Assembly (NCBI GenBank): GCA_951406725.2
Contig: OX597817.1
Location: forward strand, 1,674,001-1,738,000
DNA: 64,000 nt
Origin: Octopus vulgaris
Taxonomy: Eukaryota
Direction: 5' to 3'
Shown piece after piece: positions 1 to 12,493 of this stretch. A model generated the notes under the pieces. It was not told where the DNA came from. It made no database searches and worked only from the letters and a program-made list of their open reading frames with translations. How positions within the stretch are numbered: the first letter of the stretch is position 1; every line of letters starts with the position of its first letter. Position numbers and translations under genes: made by a program.

Positions 1-260
1 CCATTTTGGGGTAAATCCGCAGTTAAAGAATTCTTCAAGTTTACTTATTTGCATATCTCCCCGAGGGAAAAGGAAAACATTTCGGAATTGCTCATTTCAT
101 AATTCACTTCTCACTGGGTCTGCAGTCAGGGACCATTTTCTTGAAATACTGACCCCTTATCTTGTAGCGCATTGAAGCAGATTCTTTTGAAAATTTATAG
201 AAGGATTTAGGATTCATTTTTATATTTTCAAATGCCTTGGTTTTCCTTTCTTCTTTTTCT
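1..260 (-). mobile_element. Non-LTR retrotransposon (CR1/Jockey-like LINE) ORF2 remnant, runs off window edge
   Basis: Minus-strand peptide KAFENIKMNPKSFYKFSKE resembles the 'IKxNPKxFYxY' segment between APE and RT of LINE ORF2; frameshifted. Confidence 0.55.
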
Positions 261-1243
261 TTTTCGCACACACACATACACACATATACACACACATACA
301 TACACATAAAGTTCATTCACACAAAGCTCATTGGGGGATATAAATATAATAGCACATGAAACCTAACCAATAGTTCTTGGAATTATTACATACTAATGTA
401 TGACTAATTGTATTCAACTACAATGAAGAAAAATTTAAACTATTTACTTTATTCGTAAATATTAGTCATTATTATATATATGTGTGTGCGTGTGTGTGTA
501 TATGCATGTATGTATGCATGAATATAGGTATGTATGTATATATAGAAATAAAAATGGAACAAAAACGCAATAGAGGACATTAAATCATTCGGACAGATAG
601 ACGATTCAAAGGTGGACAAGAGAAACAACAATTTGAAGGACAGGCGAAAAAGGACGGGTCAGAACATGGTATATATGTATGTATATAAGCATGCACACAC
701 ACATACACACGCACACATGCACACACACGCACTAAGACACAAACTTACGTACTCGCACTCACACACAAATGACGCTCGTTTGTAGTTTCCGCCAACCAAA
801 TCTCTCTCTCCCAAGGCATTTGACAAATGGAGCCCATGGAAAAGCCATTTCTCCATATGTTGTGCAGTGGGGTTGAACCTGGAACTACATAGATACGATC
901 AGACTCCTTGCCCTCATCATTTCTTCTATTCTGTACTTCTTGCACTTGCAGGAAAATTAAGAAATCATTATTATCATTATCATCATTAACGATGTAATGA
1001 ATCGTTATGTATTATCATCATTATCTGTTGCCACAATTACCTAGACGTTGCCATAGCGTTTCTGTCACGCTTTTGTTTGCTTGCTTTTTGCAGGTTCTAT
1101 TCTTAGAGACTAAATCAATCACACACAGACAGACATTTGCGCATACGGAAAGACATACACACACTTATGTACGGTGCAGACTGAAGAGACAAACAAAAAA
1201 AAAAAACAAAGCTAAAATAAAAACAAACATTCGCGTCTATATT

Positions 1244-1287
<44 letters not shown>

Positions 1288-1529
1288 GTTAGGTAAATCT
1301 AAATATTAATGTTCTTTCCAAACGGCCATTCATAGAGCCTGTGAACGTACTTACACACACACACATACATACATACACACATACACACACACATATATAT
1401 GGACATATATATGTATCTGTATATGTATGTACATATACATATGTGTATATGTATATATGTGTGTGAGTGAGAGAGTGTATGTACTGTGTGTGTGTGCATG
1501 CGTGCGTGTCTGTGTGAGTGTATGTGTAT

Positions 1530-1531
1530 GC

Positions 1532-1598
<67 letters not shown>

Positions 1599-1650
1599 CT
1601 ATCTGTCTGTCTTTCTATCTATCTGTCTATCTCTGTCTGTCTATCTATTT
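1530..1650. repeat. (TCTA)n/(TCTG)n microsatellite within a larger TA/CA/TG low-complexity block (about 1245-1935)
   Basis: Direct reading. Confidence 0.95.
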
Positions 1651-2479
1651 ACAAACATACACACACATACATATATAATTTGTATAAATGTGTGTGTAGT
1701 ATATTTCTGTATATACACACACATATATATATGCATATATATGTATGTATATATTTATCTATTTATGCATTTATATATATGTATGTGCACTTACTATAGA
1801 TACATATATATGTAAATATTTATATACATATATAAGTGTATGTGTGCGTCTGTGTATGTATCTATGTGTGTATGTTTGTATATATATGTGTGTATGTGTG
1901 TGTGTGATTGTATGTATGTTTGTATGTATGTATACACGTATACTCCAGTCCAATGAGAAGCTGTTTTCTACGTCATATGTTTTCTTTCTACCTGAACTGT
2001 TCATTGAAAAGCTATTGAATTCATCAAGTAGAAATTGTATTATGGGTGTGTATGAACGAACCGGAGCGACCCTTAGCGACAAGACAATACCGCCCTGTTT
2101 TGGTTATTTTATTGAGCAACCATGTGGAATATCGGTTATGGGATAGCAACATTGTTATTGTTACAATTGCTATTGTTGTTGTTGTTGCTGCAGTTGTTCT
2201 TATAATTGTTGTTGTTGTTGTTGTTGTCTCCCCTTTATAATGTTGTTGTTCTGGATAATGCATTGCGTATGTATATGGAACTTTAAGAACAATGCCGAGC
2301 GTATGTTTAAAATTAGCATACGCACTCGTGCACTCTTTAACGCTAATATATACGTGAATATATATATATACGTGTCGTGCGTGTATGTAAGCATGTTTCT
2401 ATATTTGTATGCGTATATGCATGTTTGCATTTATGTGTGGTGTGTACGTATATATATGTGTGTGTGTGTATTTATGTAT

Positions 2480-2517
<38 letters not shown>

Positions 2518-2518
2518 G

Positions 2519-2561
<43 letters not shown>

Positions 2562-2939
2562 GTGTGTGTGTATGTATATATATTTATGTATATATATATA
2601 TATATTCCATAACATACACGCGCACTCAAGAGTTGCACACTCACACATGAGCGAACACAAGCACGCGCCCGCATAAACGCTCAACCACAGACACACACAC
2701 ATGCATTCACACACAAACACACACACACACATACACACACACATACACACACACATACTCAAGCGTGCTGTTTCACGTTGACATTCGATCCATAAGCTTA
2801 CGCATGCGCTGATATACCTTCTGGCAGGACATTAGCTCACACTTAAAAACAATACATACACATATACAACCATTCTTAACTTACACATATACAGTCATTC
2901 AAAAATATCAATATATGGTACGAATCACTTATTTATTCA

Positions 2940-3007
<68 letters not shown>

Positions 3008-3315
3008 AATGCGCGCCCTCAATCAAATGTATACATATTCGTAAACAAACGGACACACATACACACACACATATACACCCAAAGAAAAGACTAGTCGTGG
3101 CTGTGTGGTGGAAAGCTTGCTTCCAGTTGCATAGTTTCGAGTTCAGTCGCACAGCATGGCACCCTGTGCAAGTGTTTTCCACGATAGCCTAGGGCCAACC
3201 AAAGCTTTGATAGCGGATTTGGTAGACAGAAACTGAAAGAAGCCTGTCGTATAAATATATATATATATATATACATATATATATACGTGTGTGTGTGTGC
3301 GTATCAAAATAGTTT

Positions 3316-3387
3316 GATTCAATTCCTTTGGCACTCCGAGTTTCAAGCGTGATGCTAATCTTCAGACATCTTGAACTTGAATTGATC
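3316..3387 (-). ncRNA. Degenerate type I hammerhead ribozyme motif
   Basis: Minus strand CUGAAGA-uuAGCaucacGCUu-GAAA-CUCgGAG-UG; distal stem I CAAUUC/GAAUUG; cleavage triplet is GUG and proximal stem I is broken, so probably inactive. Confidence 0.5.
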
Positions 3388-3466
3388 CATACATGTAACT
3401 CCCAATAAATGTATTGAGTGTCCTTCTTTCGTTTGTCCACTGACTCGTGTATGTGTGTGTATATAT

Positions 3467-3548
<82 letters not shown>

Positions 3549-3569
3549 GTACATATATATATATGTATA

Positions 3570-3609
<40 letters not shown>

Positions 3610-3634
3610 TTATTTTTATTTTTTTTTAATGCCC

Positions 3635-3705
3635 CAGAAATATAACAAAAGCTGTTACTCAGAGTTTCACGTTCCCGTTCGTCGGACAGTTTTGTTATAT
3701 TTCTG
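3635..3705 (-). ncRNA. Minimal type I hammerhead ribozyme (U4C core variant)
   Basis: Minus strand: about 20-bp stem I cagaaauauaacaaaacugu / acag(c)uuuuguuauauuucug; core CCGACGA; stem II ACG-ggaa-CGU; GAAA; stem III ACUC-u-GAGU; GUA site. Confidence 0.7.
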
Positions 3706-4149
3706 CTGCTTTTAAATAAAGCATATTACTCTACCTCTGGTATTTGAGTACTCTTTTTTCCACCTTGTTTCACATTTATGCGCTTACTTCGCCTGACAAC
3801 CGGTTTAGCAGTTCGGGTCGAGTCATTCGACTAAAAATTCTTCAAAGTGGTGCCCCAGCATGGCCTCGGTCTAATGACTGAAACAAGTAAAAGCTATAAA
3901 ATGGATTCCTAAATAGCACGACTACGCACACAGACAAGCAAACATTTTTACGTCACATATGCAGACATATACACTCACCGTTTGTTACATTGACTCAGTC
4001 ACACACGTACGCGTGCGCACTCACTCACACACACTAAACTGCTAGACTCTTGTATAGTGCATACGTTACCATTAAGTCAGATAAACGCAACGTACAGACT
4101 AATGTAAATCCACGCTCAAGTTACTAAAATATAGATAAAGCAACTATGG

Positions 4150-4360
4150 TGGCAGAATCGTTAGGACGCCGGGCAAAATATTTAGGCGGTATTTCGTTTG
4201 CCTTTGCTCTGAATGCAAATTTTGCTGAGGTCGATTCTACCTTTCATTGTTTTGGGGGCGATAAAACAAGTAGCAGTCGAGCATCGGGGTCGATATAATC
4301 GACTCCCCACTACACCTAAAATAGAAAAAAAAATTGCTTGCCTCTACCAAATTTTAGAAT
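4150..4360 (+). mobile_element. Diverged tRNA-derived SINE (family B)
   Basis: ggcagaatcgttaggacgccgggcaaaat...gctgaggtcgatt...ggggtcgatataatcgac, similar to 56067-56470. Confidence 0.7.
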
Positions 4361-5357
4361 CCATATAAATATCGTTATATAAAAAATGCATTATGAAAAG
4401 GAAAGGAAGAGTGGATATATTTGAGAGATCCAACTGATCTTATAGTTTCTGTTGCTTACGCAAAATACCCACTCAAATTATAAATATAAAACATAGCAAT
4501 GGGTCTTTTCCGTAATATTTCACAGATATGGTGCTTCTGAACAGGTAACCGAAACCCTAGGTTTCGAACCTGGCTACATCTTCTGTTATAAAAGTAAAAA
4601 GCTAAAGAAGAATATAAGTTAAACGTTATCTCATTAATTATGACATTATCTCATTAATTATGACAACGTTCATTTCGGAAACTAAATATTTCATCCTTAC
4701 TCTGTGCCACGTTTTTGACAATGTTATCTGCGAAGAATTTTGAGATATCGAGCAGCTTTTGAAATTGAAGCTGAAAAGCTTTTGCAATGCATGTTTGTCG
4801 ACGTGGATCCCTGTTGGTGCTTGCGCCCGGTTTTGGTCAGGAGCAACAAAAAACATATAATTGAATGCAATAAACTACAAAAAGATTTTATTAACCACAT
4901 CGATTGTGCCATCCCATGTCGTTATACGCAAACACACACACATACATACATTCATACACACATACACACATACACACATACACATATTCACACACCTGTA
5001 CATATGTACATACACACATATGAGTATATGACTGTATGCATGTATGCGTACATGCAGTTTTAAATTTTGCAGTTCTCACTTCCGATGATTTTAGGGACCC
5101 ACGGTCTTGCCAGGAGATAATGGAACAAGGTGCTGGGTTTTGTGGTTGAACCTGGTACTATGTGTTCTGTGAAGCGAAACTCTTAGCCAATCAATCATAC
5201 CTTTATCCATAGAAACTTATGTGTATGTCCTTGCTTATGTTGGTGTAAGTTAATGTGCATATATTTACACACACACTTCAACTTCGGGTGTGTCCAACTG
5301 TGTGATGTGTGGATCTGTGAATTTCCCTCTGCATCTGAATGGTGTATGTTTGTCTGT

Positions 5358-5408
<51 letters not shown>

Positions 5409-5423
5409 GATATATATATATAT

Positions 5424-5478
<55 letters not shown>

Positions 5479-6031
5479 GGCATATGTGAGCGTGTCTTTT
5501 GGACTCGAATCCTGGACACGTGGTGCCAAGTGTGTTTCCCCCATATTGTGTTTTCATTCCATCTCCGTTGCTAGTTATGTGCGGAATGTGAGACAGAAAG
5601 ACTTGCCAAAGGATGCCGCACCCCTACTCTTTTCCTATCCTACTCTGTCTATCATTATTCGTTTATTTTTCTTTGCCTTTCAGTTTTCTACCTCTCTATG
5701 CATCTACCTTTACTTCTGTTCGCTTACCTGCTATGAAGTTTGGTAACTGAGGTTCCGTGCTGTACCGCCTTATGACACAGCTTCCCGCATGCTATATTTG
5801 TTTGCATCAGCATCATACTGGGTATATGTGGTAGCAGGTGATATCTTTCAACCTTGTTCCGAGCAAAGCAGAACGTCACCGTAGTTGTAGTGGTTGCTTT
5901 TAATTTTGTTGTTAGAGTGGTATGCCTTGTTATTTTAATTGTGAACATTTTTGAATCTTGTAGTTCTTAGTTTTGGCAAGTAAATATTGAGTAATATATT
6001 CTGATACATTCTTGCCAACATATCTACATGA

Positions 6032-6618
6032 TTCTTTTCTAATCTAGCCACAAGGCCCGAAATTTTTGAGGAAGGAGGCCAGTCGATTAGTTCGACCCCA
6101 GTACGCAACTGGCACTTAATTTATCGACCCCGTAAACGATGAAAGGCAGAGTCGACCTCGGCGGAATTTGAACTCAGAACGTAGCGACAGACAAAATACC
6201 CATTTCTTTACTACCCACAAGGGGCTAAACACAGTTGGGACAAACAAGGACAGACAAACGGATTAAGTCGATTATATAGACCCCAGTGTGTAACTGGTAC
6301 TTATTTAATCGACCCAGAAAGGATGAAAGGCAAAGTCGACCTCAGCGGAATTTGAACTCAGAACGTAGCGACAGACAAAATAACCATTTCTTTACTACCG
6401 ACAAGGGGCTAAACACAGAGAGGACAAACAAGGACAGGCACATGGATTAAGTCGATTATATCGACCCCAGTGCGTAACTGGTACTTATTTAATCGACCCC
6501 GAAAGGACGAAAGCAAAGTCGACCTCGGGGGAATTTGAACTCAGAACGTAACGACAGACGAAATACCACAAAGCATTTCGCCCGGCGTACTAACTGTTCT
6601 GCCAGCTCACCGCCTTAG
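6032..6618 (-). mobile_element. SINE family B with three tandem internal units of about 183 bp, 13-bp TSD
   Basis: gtcgacctc-gcggaatttgaactcagaacgt recurs at about 6151, 6335 and 6518; head ...gccagctcaccgcctt at 6601-6616; flanks catatctacatga (6019-6031) and catatctgcatga (6619-6631). Confidence 0.88.
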
Positions 6619-7378
6619 CATATCTGCATGACTGACGGCAAAATGTTGCAGTCAAAATGCATTGAAGCCAAAAATTCCCTGAACCAGACATTGCACATGT
6701 TTTCTCTAGCTATTTAATTTGTTCAAAGAGTGCACATTCCAAGATTATTTTGATAATTGTTGATTTATGGAGGAACTGGTTAATGAGATTGATACATGAA
6801 ATAGCTTAGAAAGAGACACAAAATAAAAAACATGAGCAGCATTAGGCTGAATGAAAAATCATGCCTCAGCAATTGGAGATAGAAGCAGCAGCAACAGTTG
6901 ACTGAATCATTTAAAGAGTTCTGGTTTCCATCATTTGACGATATTAAGAAATGAATTGGAGACGATATCAGACGACACAATGCACAGATCCCGACAAAGG
7001 ATCGGTTGCTTGAAATTGTACCAAATAACAGCTAGTACTTCCCGAAGTAGTAACCCACCGTTAATGAAAAGGAGTGGTACATTGCATAATGCTTAATCCT
7101 AAATACAGTGTAGATACGATATACATTGTCTTAGATACAATGTCAGAATTAAAAAGAAAAAACAAAAAAAGGATGAACATTGGTGGAACTAGGTGAAACA
7201 TCATCGTTCCCTGCTTTCTCCACCTGCGTGAGGTACTTCTTGCCTCCATAGTATTCAAAGATCAAACAAAGGTTTGTTCAATCAAAGCTGAATATCAACA
7301 CCAACACCGTCACCAAAATATTCTTATAAATATATAATATTCGATGAGTAAATATTCAAATGAATATTTATATAGATA

Positions 7379-7632
<254 letters not shown>

Positions 7633-7973
7633 AATAAATAATCAATAATAATAACGATAATATAAGTGGCCAGCAAGCAAAAATGCCGTTAAATGGCTAA
7701 TCAAAGAAAATTATAACCTATTTATAATTATAATCGAGGGTACACGAAGTACCAGCTTCCTAGAAATAGAAGTCAAAATCCTCAAATAAGCCACCTTCTC
7801 ACTGAAAATAACAGACCAACAAAAGTTGGGCAAACGAGCAAAGAAATTAATTTACTAGCTCGGCTGATAGCTGCAGAAAGAGGTAATAGAATATTATGAA
7901 AATGTATTGAATTTGGTGAGAGCCTGTTCAGCATTTGGTAGGCATAAACATGGACTATTGATTGGCTTACATA

Positions 7974-9243
7974 CGAGGGGCGTTCAATAAGTAATGCCCC
8001 TGACCCACTTCCCATAGCAGTAGAGCAACGACACTTGGCACAGTTATTAGTCTTTTCCTACATAGGAACTACCCAGAGGTATACATTTCTCCCATCGTTT
8101 GATGCAGCTCTGGAGACCGTTTTTGTAGAAGACCCCAGCTTGGTCCTCCAACCACGATGTGACTTCAGAAATCAAGGCTGCATCATCTGGGAAACGCTTT
8201 CCTTTCAAAATCAACTTCATGGCTGGGAACAGGTGAAAATCAGAGGGTGCAAGGGGAGGAATTCATAGCTGCACGCCTGTGCTTCTGATCTGGCGACACG
8301 CGAGTCGTGGACCGGAGCGTTGTCCTGCAGGAGGAGGATGCCTTTGCTGATCTTGCCCCGCCTCCTAATTTTGATAGCTTCTCTTAATTTCCTCAAAAGT
8401 GAAGCATAATAGGCTCCTGTAATTGTGGTACCCTTTGCCAGGAAATCTGTCATCACTACTCCGTCCTGGTCCCAGAAGACTGTGAGCATAACCTTGTCAG
8501 CGGAGGGCTGCACCCTTGCCTTCTTTGGAGGAGGTGAGTCACGGTGCTTTCACTGCATTGACTGGGCTTTGGTCTATGGATCATAGTGATGGACCCAGGT
8601 TTTATCCTGTGTGATCAGTCTTTTGAAAAATTTTGACTCATCTTCTTGGCACATCTCCAAATTCATCCTCGAGCACTCAACGCGTTCTTGCTTCTGGAAA
8701 GGTGTGAGCAACCTGGAAATCCATCTGGCAGACACCTTTTGCATATCCAAATGGTCATGAATGATAGTTTCCACAGACCCGGTACTAATCTTGACCTTAT
8801 GGGCTATTTGGCGAATAGTTATGCGTTGACCTTCCAAAATGGCAGCCTCAACTTGACGGACAGACATCTCATCAACGGCAGAAGGGGGCGACCAGATCTG
8901 GGAGCTGTTTCCACAGAGTTCCGACTATGTTTGAATTCACAATGCCAGCGTTTTACAAGGTCATATGATGGGGCATCATCACCATAAGTTACTTTCATTT
9001 CATCAAAAGTCTCCCGTGGTGTGCGTCCTTTCAAATACAAAAACCAGATCACTGCTCGACACTCAACAGGCCCCATTTCACACTTGACTCAGTTCAAACA
9101 CCTATAAATCAGAAACCACAATTAGTTCAGAGCTGTAATTTGCCACTTACTCTATAGAGATATAAATAATTGCACATGCAAAATTTCAGCTAGATCAAAC
9201 AACTGCAAGTGGGTCAGGGGCATTACTTATTGAACGCCCCTCG
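7974..9243 (-). mobile_element. Complete mariner (DD34D) DNA transposon, 1270 bp
   Basis: Perfect 37-bp TIRs cgaggggcgttcaataagtaatgcccctgacccactt (7974-8010, 9207-9243); TA duplication on both sides; internal transposase remnant. Confidence 0.96.
8047..9076 (-). pseudogene. Mariner transposase pseudogene (frameshifted)
   Basis: Pieces MGPVECRAVIWFLYLKG..., LITQDKTWVHHYDP, VMLTVFWDQDGVV, LLLQDNAPVH, LAPSDFHLFP, KRWEKCI spread over several frames. Confidence 0.93.
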
Positions 9244-10105
9244 TATTGTTGGTAAAAATCTACTACAAGCCTTTGTTACATTTTTAACAGAAAATTTAGC
9301 TTAATTCACGAATCGCGGAAAACGCCTGACTTTTTTAGGGTATGGCTGCCTAGTTAGAGCGTCGGTGAAATCCAATATGGTATTTCTTCCGACTCTGTAT
9401 GTTCTGAATTCAACTTTGCTTTTCATTCTCGCTTTGTTACAATAAATTACTGGATTAATGATATCCACTGATACCCTCCTCAAAATTCTTGACCTCAGCC
9501 TTGCGTTAAAACTAATTTTTTTCACCACAACAAGAAATAATTATTGTTCTATTCTACAAGAAGTAGTGTATTATGTTACATATTATAACGTTCATGTTTT
9601 CTCTAATGTATTTAGCAAAATAAGTGATGTCACTTTTCAGATACTCGAGAAGCGAAGTTCGGTCGCACAGTCCATTTCTTGGATCTCCTGCATCCATGAA
9701 CAAACTTGATATCTGTTAATATAAGCAGCAAAGAAAAACAAAAGGTTTTAAAAAGTAAATTACATAATGTAAAGGCATTCGTGTTCTGTCTCAAACAAAT
9801 TTATGGATGGTTTCAGCTTCTTTTTAGGGTTACAAAAAAGATAGTTAATGAAGCATATTGCGATACTACTAGGTTGGCATGCAAACTGTACTTTGAAATA
9901 CGATTAAGTGTTACTTTTCTAAAAGCAATGAGGCATTCTATACAGTCTAGTAATATGTATGCAAACATACATGTAAACATACAAATATGCATACACACAC
10001 ATACATATATACATACATATACATACATATATGTGCATGGATATGCATAGATACGCACATAGTTGCCATCGAGTGCATAGATATACATTTACATATACAT
10101 ATATA

Positions 10106-11118
10106 CAACGGGAAATCAAAAATTATCCGTCCTTTAGCCAAAGCTTTTTCTAGGTTGACCACATTCAGTGTTCGCGTGCTAAAAGGTGGTACTCTAGTGT
10201 TTACGTATCAAAGGTTTGACTTTGATAGGTCCAGTTTTCCTTCTTGTGTTACAGAGTAAATATGGCCGATCCGCTGGAAGTGTGCCCTAAGGAAGAAAAG
10301 AAAGCAGTGATTTAATTTCTCTCGTTTCAAGGTGCGTCAGGGGAGCAGATTTTTATCGCAGGCTTTCAGTACAATACGGGGAAGTGGTATATCGCGTAGA
10401 AGTTATGTATGCGTGCAGCTAGAAGTTTAACATGGCCGGAAAAAAATTGAGTAGGACGTCCATCTGCTTCCATTACTGTCATAAAGATACCAGATGGTTC
10501 TGGCAAACCGACGAGTGACCATCGATGAGGTGGCATGTTCTCTGCAAGTTACTCAAATTTCTGCATACGAAATCATCCATGGCAAGCTTCCCTTACGTAA
10601 AGTCTGTGCGAGATATGTGCCAAGAGAGCATACCGAAGTGCATAAATGTAACCGTGACGAGATCTCTCACGACTACTCGATCTCTACAACACTAAAGGTG
10701 AAAAGTTTTGGGAGAGAATAGTCATAGGAGATGAGACCCCTAGAGCCATCACTTTAAACCAGAATCCAAAAATAATAGAGTGGGAAAACCCACAATCGCC
10801 ATCGAGAAAGAAATTCAAGACAACATTCCGCAGAAAAACCGATGCTGTTTTGGGAGTTACAAAAGTGCCTATACTGGAACACTACCAGAAAAGAGGTCTA
10901 CAATCACCAGTGTAGGCTACAAAGAAATTCTTGCCAACTACTACAAAGCAACAATTTGAACCAAGCGCCGAGGTCTAGTGTCAAAACAATTGTTATTGAT
11001 ACACGACCATGAACGCCCACATACGACCTCCTACACCACTGGAAAACTGAGTTTCGAGTTGCTAGAACAGCCAGACCTCGAACTTTCCGACCTCGGCCTT
11101 CCAGAAACAGAAGCACCC

Positions 11119-11120
<2 letters not shown>
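10106..11120 (+). mobile_element. Decayed mariner transposon, 3' part lost at the (TA)n tract
   Basis: MADPLEVCPKEEKKAVI..., MVLANRRVTIDEVACSL, RKVCARYVPR, IVIGDET, LIHDHERPHT; many stops and frameshifts. Confidence 0.82.
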
Positions 11121-11189
<69 letters not shown>

Positions 11190-11327
11190 TAAGAGAGTGG
11201 TCACTAAATGGCTCACTCTAGCACTAGTAAATCCAAAAGGTTTCAACCACAAAAATACATGTTTCCCATGAAAGTCAGTACGATTGTTAGCTCACACGAA
11301 CAGGGAAAATAAAAAATAACAAAAATA

Positions 11328-11422
11328 CAGATTATTTTGGGACAATTGTTTCGCTATTAATGAATTAAATGTAATTTTACTCACAAAAAATCCACTTGTA
11401 GCTCCTCAGCCAAAACTATCTG
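11328..11422 (-). ncRNA. Type I hammerhead ribozyme, unit 1
   Basis: Minus strand cagauaguuuugg-CUGAGGA-GCUA(42 nt)UAGC-GAAA-CAAUUG-UC|ccaaaauaaucug; 13-nt stem I with one mismatch and one GU; predicted cut between 11341 and 11340. Confidence 0.88.
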
Positions 11423-11863
11423 GATGAAATCCACTCAATCACACGCCAGATTTTACCATAACGATAAATACACGTGTGGTTCAATTGATTACATCCGACG
11501 TTATAATTCAAATGCCCCAACCAACAGCGCGCCAAACTTTCACGGAAAACAAATACTACATTTAGAAATAAATGTAGCATAATTATAATTAATTAATAAG
11601 GGTGAGAGAATTAGATACTAATTTAATAGTATATCTATTCAACACCAAGTGGCCTAGTGCCCCGAGAAACCTGGATTATTATAATATTTTATAATATATT
11701 ATAATATTTTATACAAAAATAAATATAAGAGAGTGGTCACTAAATGGCTCACTCTAGCACTAGTAAATCCAAAAGGTTTCAACCACAAAAATACATGTTT
11801 CCCATGAAAGTCAGTACGATTGTTAGCTCACACGAACAGGGCAAATAAAAAATAACAAAAATA

Positions 11864-11958
11864 CAGATTATTTTGGGACAATTGTTTCGCTATTAATGAA
11901 TTAAATGTAATTTTACTCACAAAAAATCCACTTGTAGCTCCTCAGCCAAAACTATCTG
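11864..11958 (-). ncRNA. Type I hammerhead ribozyme, unit 2
   Basis: Same motif as 11328-11422, offset 536. Confidence 0.88.
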
Positions 11959-12398
11959 GATGAAATCCACTCAATCACACGCCAGATTTTACCATAACGA
12001 TAAATACACGTGTGGTTCAATTGATTACATCCGACGTTATAATTCAAATGCCCCTACCAACAGCGCGCCAAACTTTCACGGAAACAAATACTACATTTAG
12101 AAATAAATGTAGCATAATTATAATTAATTAATAAGGGTGAGAGAATTAGATACTAATTTAATAGTATATCTATTCAACACCAAGTGGCCCAGTGCCCCGA
12201 GAAACCTGGATTATTATAATATTTTATAATATATTATAATATTTTATACAAAAATAAATATAAGAGAGTGGTCACTAAATGGCTCACTCTAGCACTAGTA
12301 AATCCAAAAGGTTTCAACCACAAAAATACATGTTTCCCATGAAAGTCAGTACGATTGTTAGCTCACACGAACAGGGCAAATAAAAAATAACAAAAATA

Positions 12399-12493
12399 CA
12401 GATTATTTTGGGACAATTGTTTCGCTATTAATGAATTAAATATAATTTTACTCACAAAAAATCCACTTGTAGCTCCTCAGCCAAAACTATCTG
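12399..12493 (-). ncRNA. Type I hammerhead ribozyme, unit 3
   Basis: Same motif, offset a further 535; one substitution, in the stem II loop. Confidence 0.88.

Larger units (their letters stand above)
3092..3895 (+). mobile_element. tRNA-derived SINE (family A, internal microsatellite), split by insertions at about 3300-3790
   Basis: Head gtggctgtgtgg...gagttcagtc...gaaactgaaagaagcc (3095-3250) and tail ccagcatggc...aatgactgaaacaagtaaaag (to about 3893) match the intact copy at 46568-47017. Confidence 0.8.
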
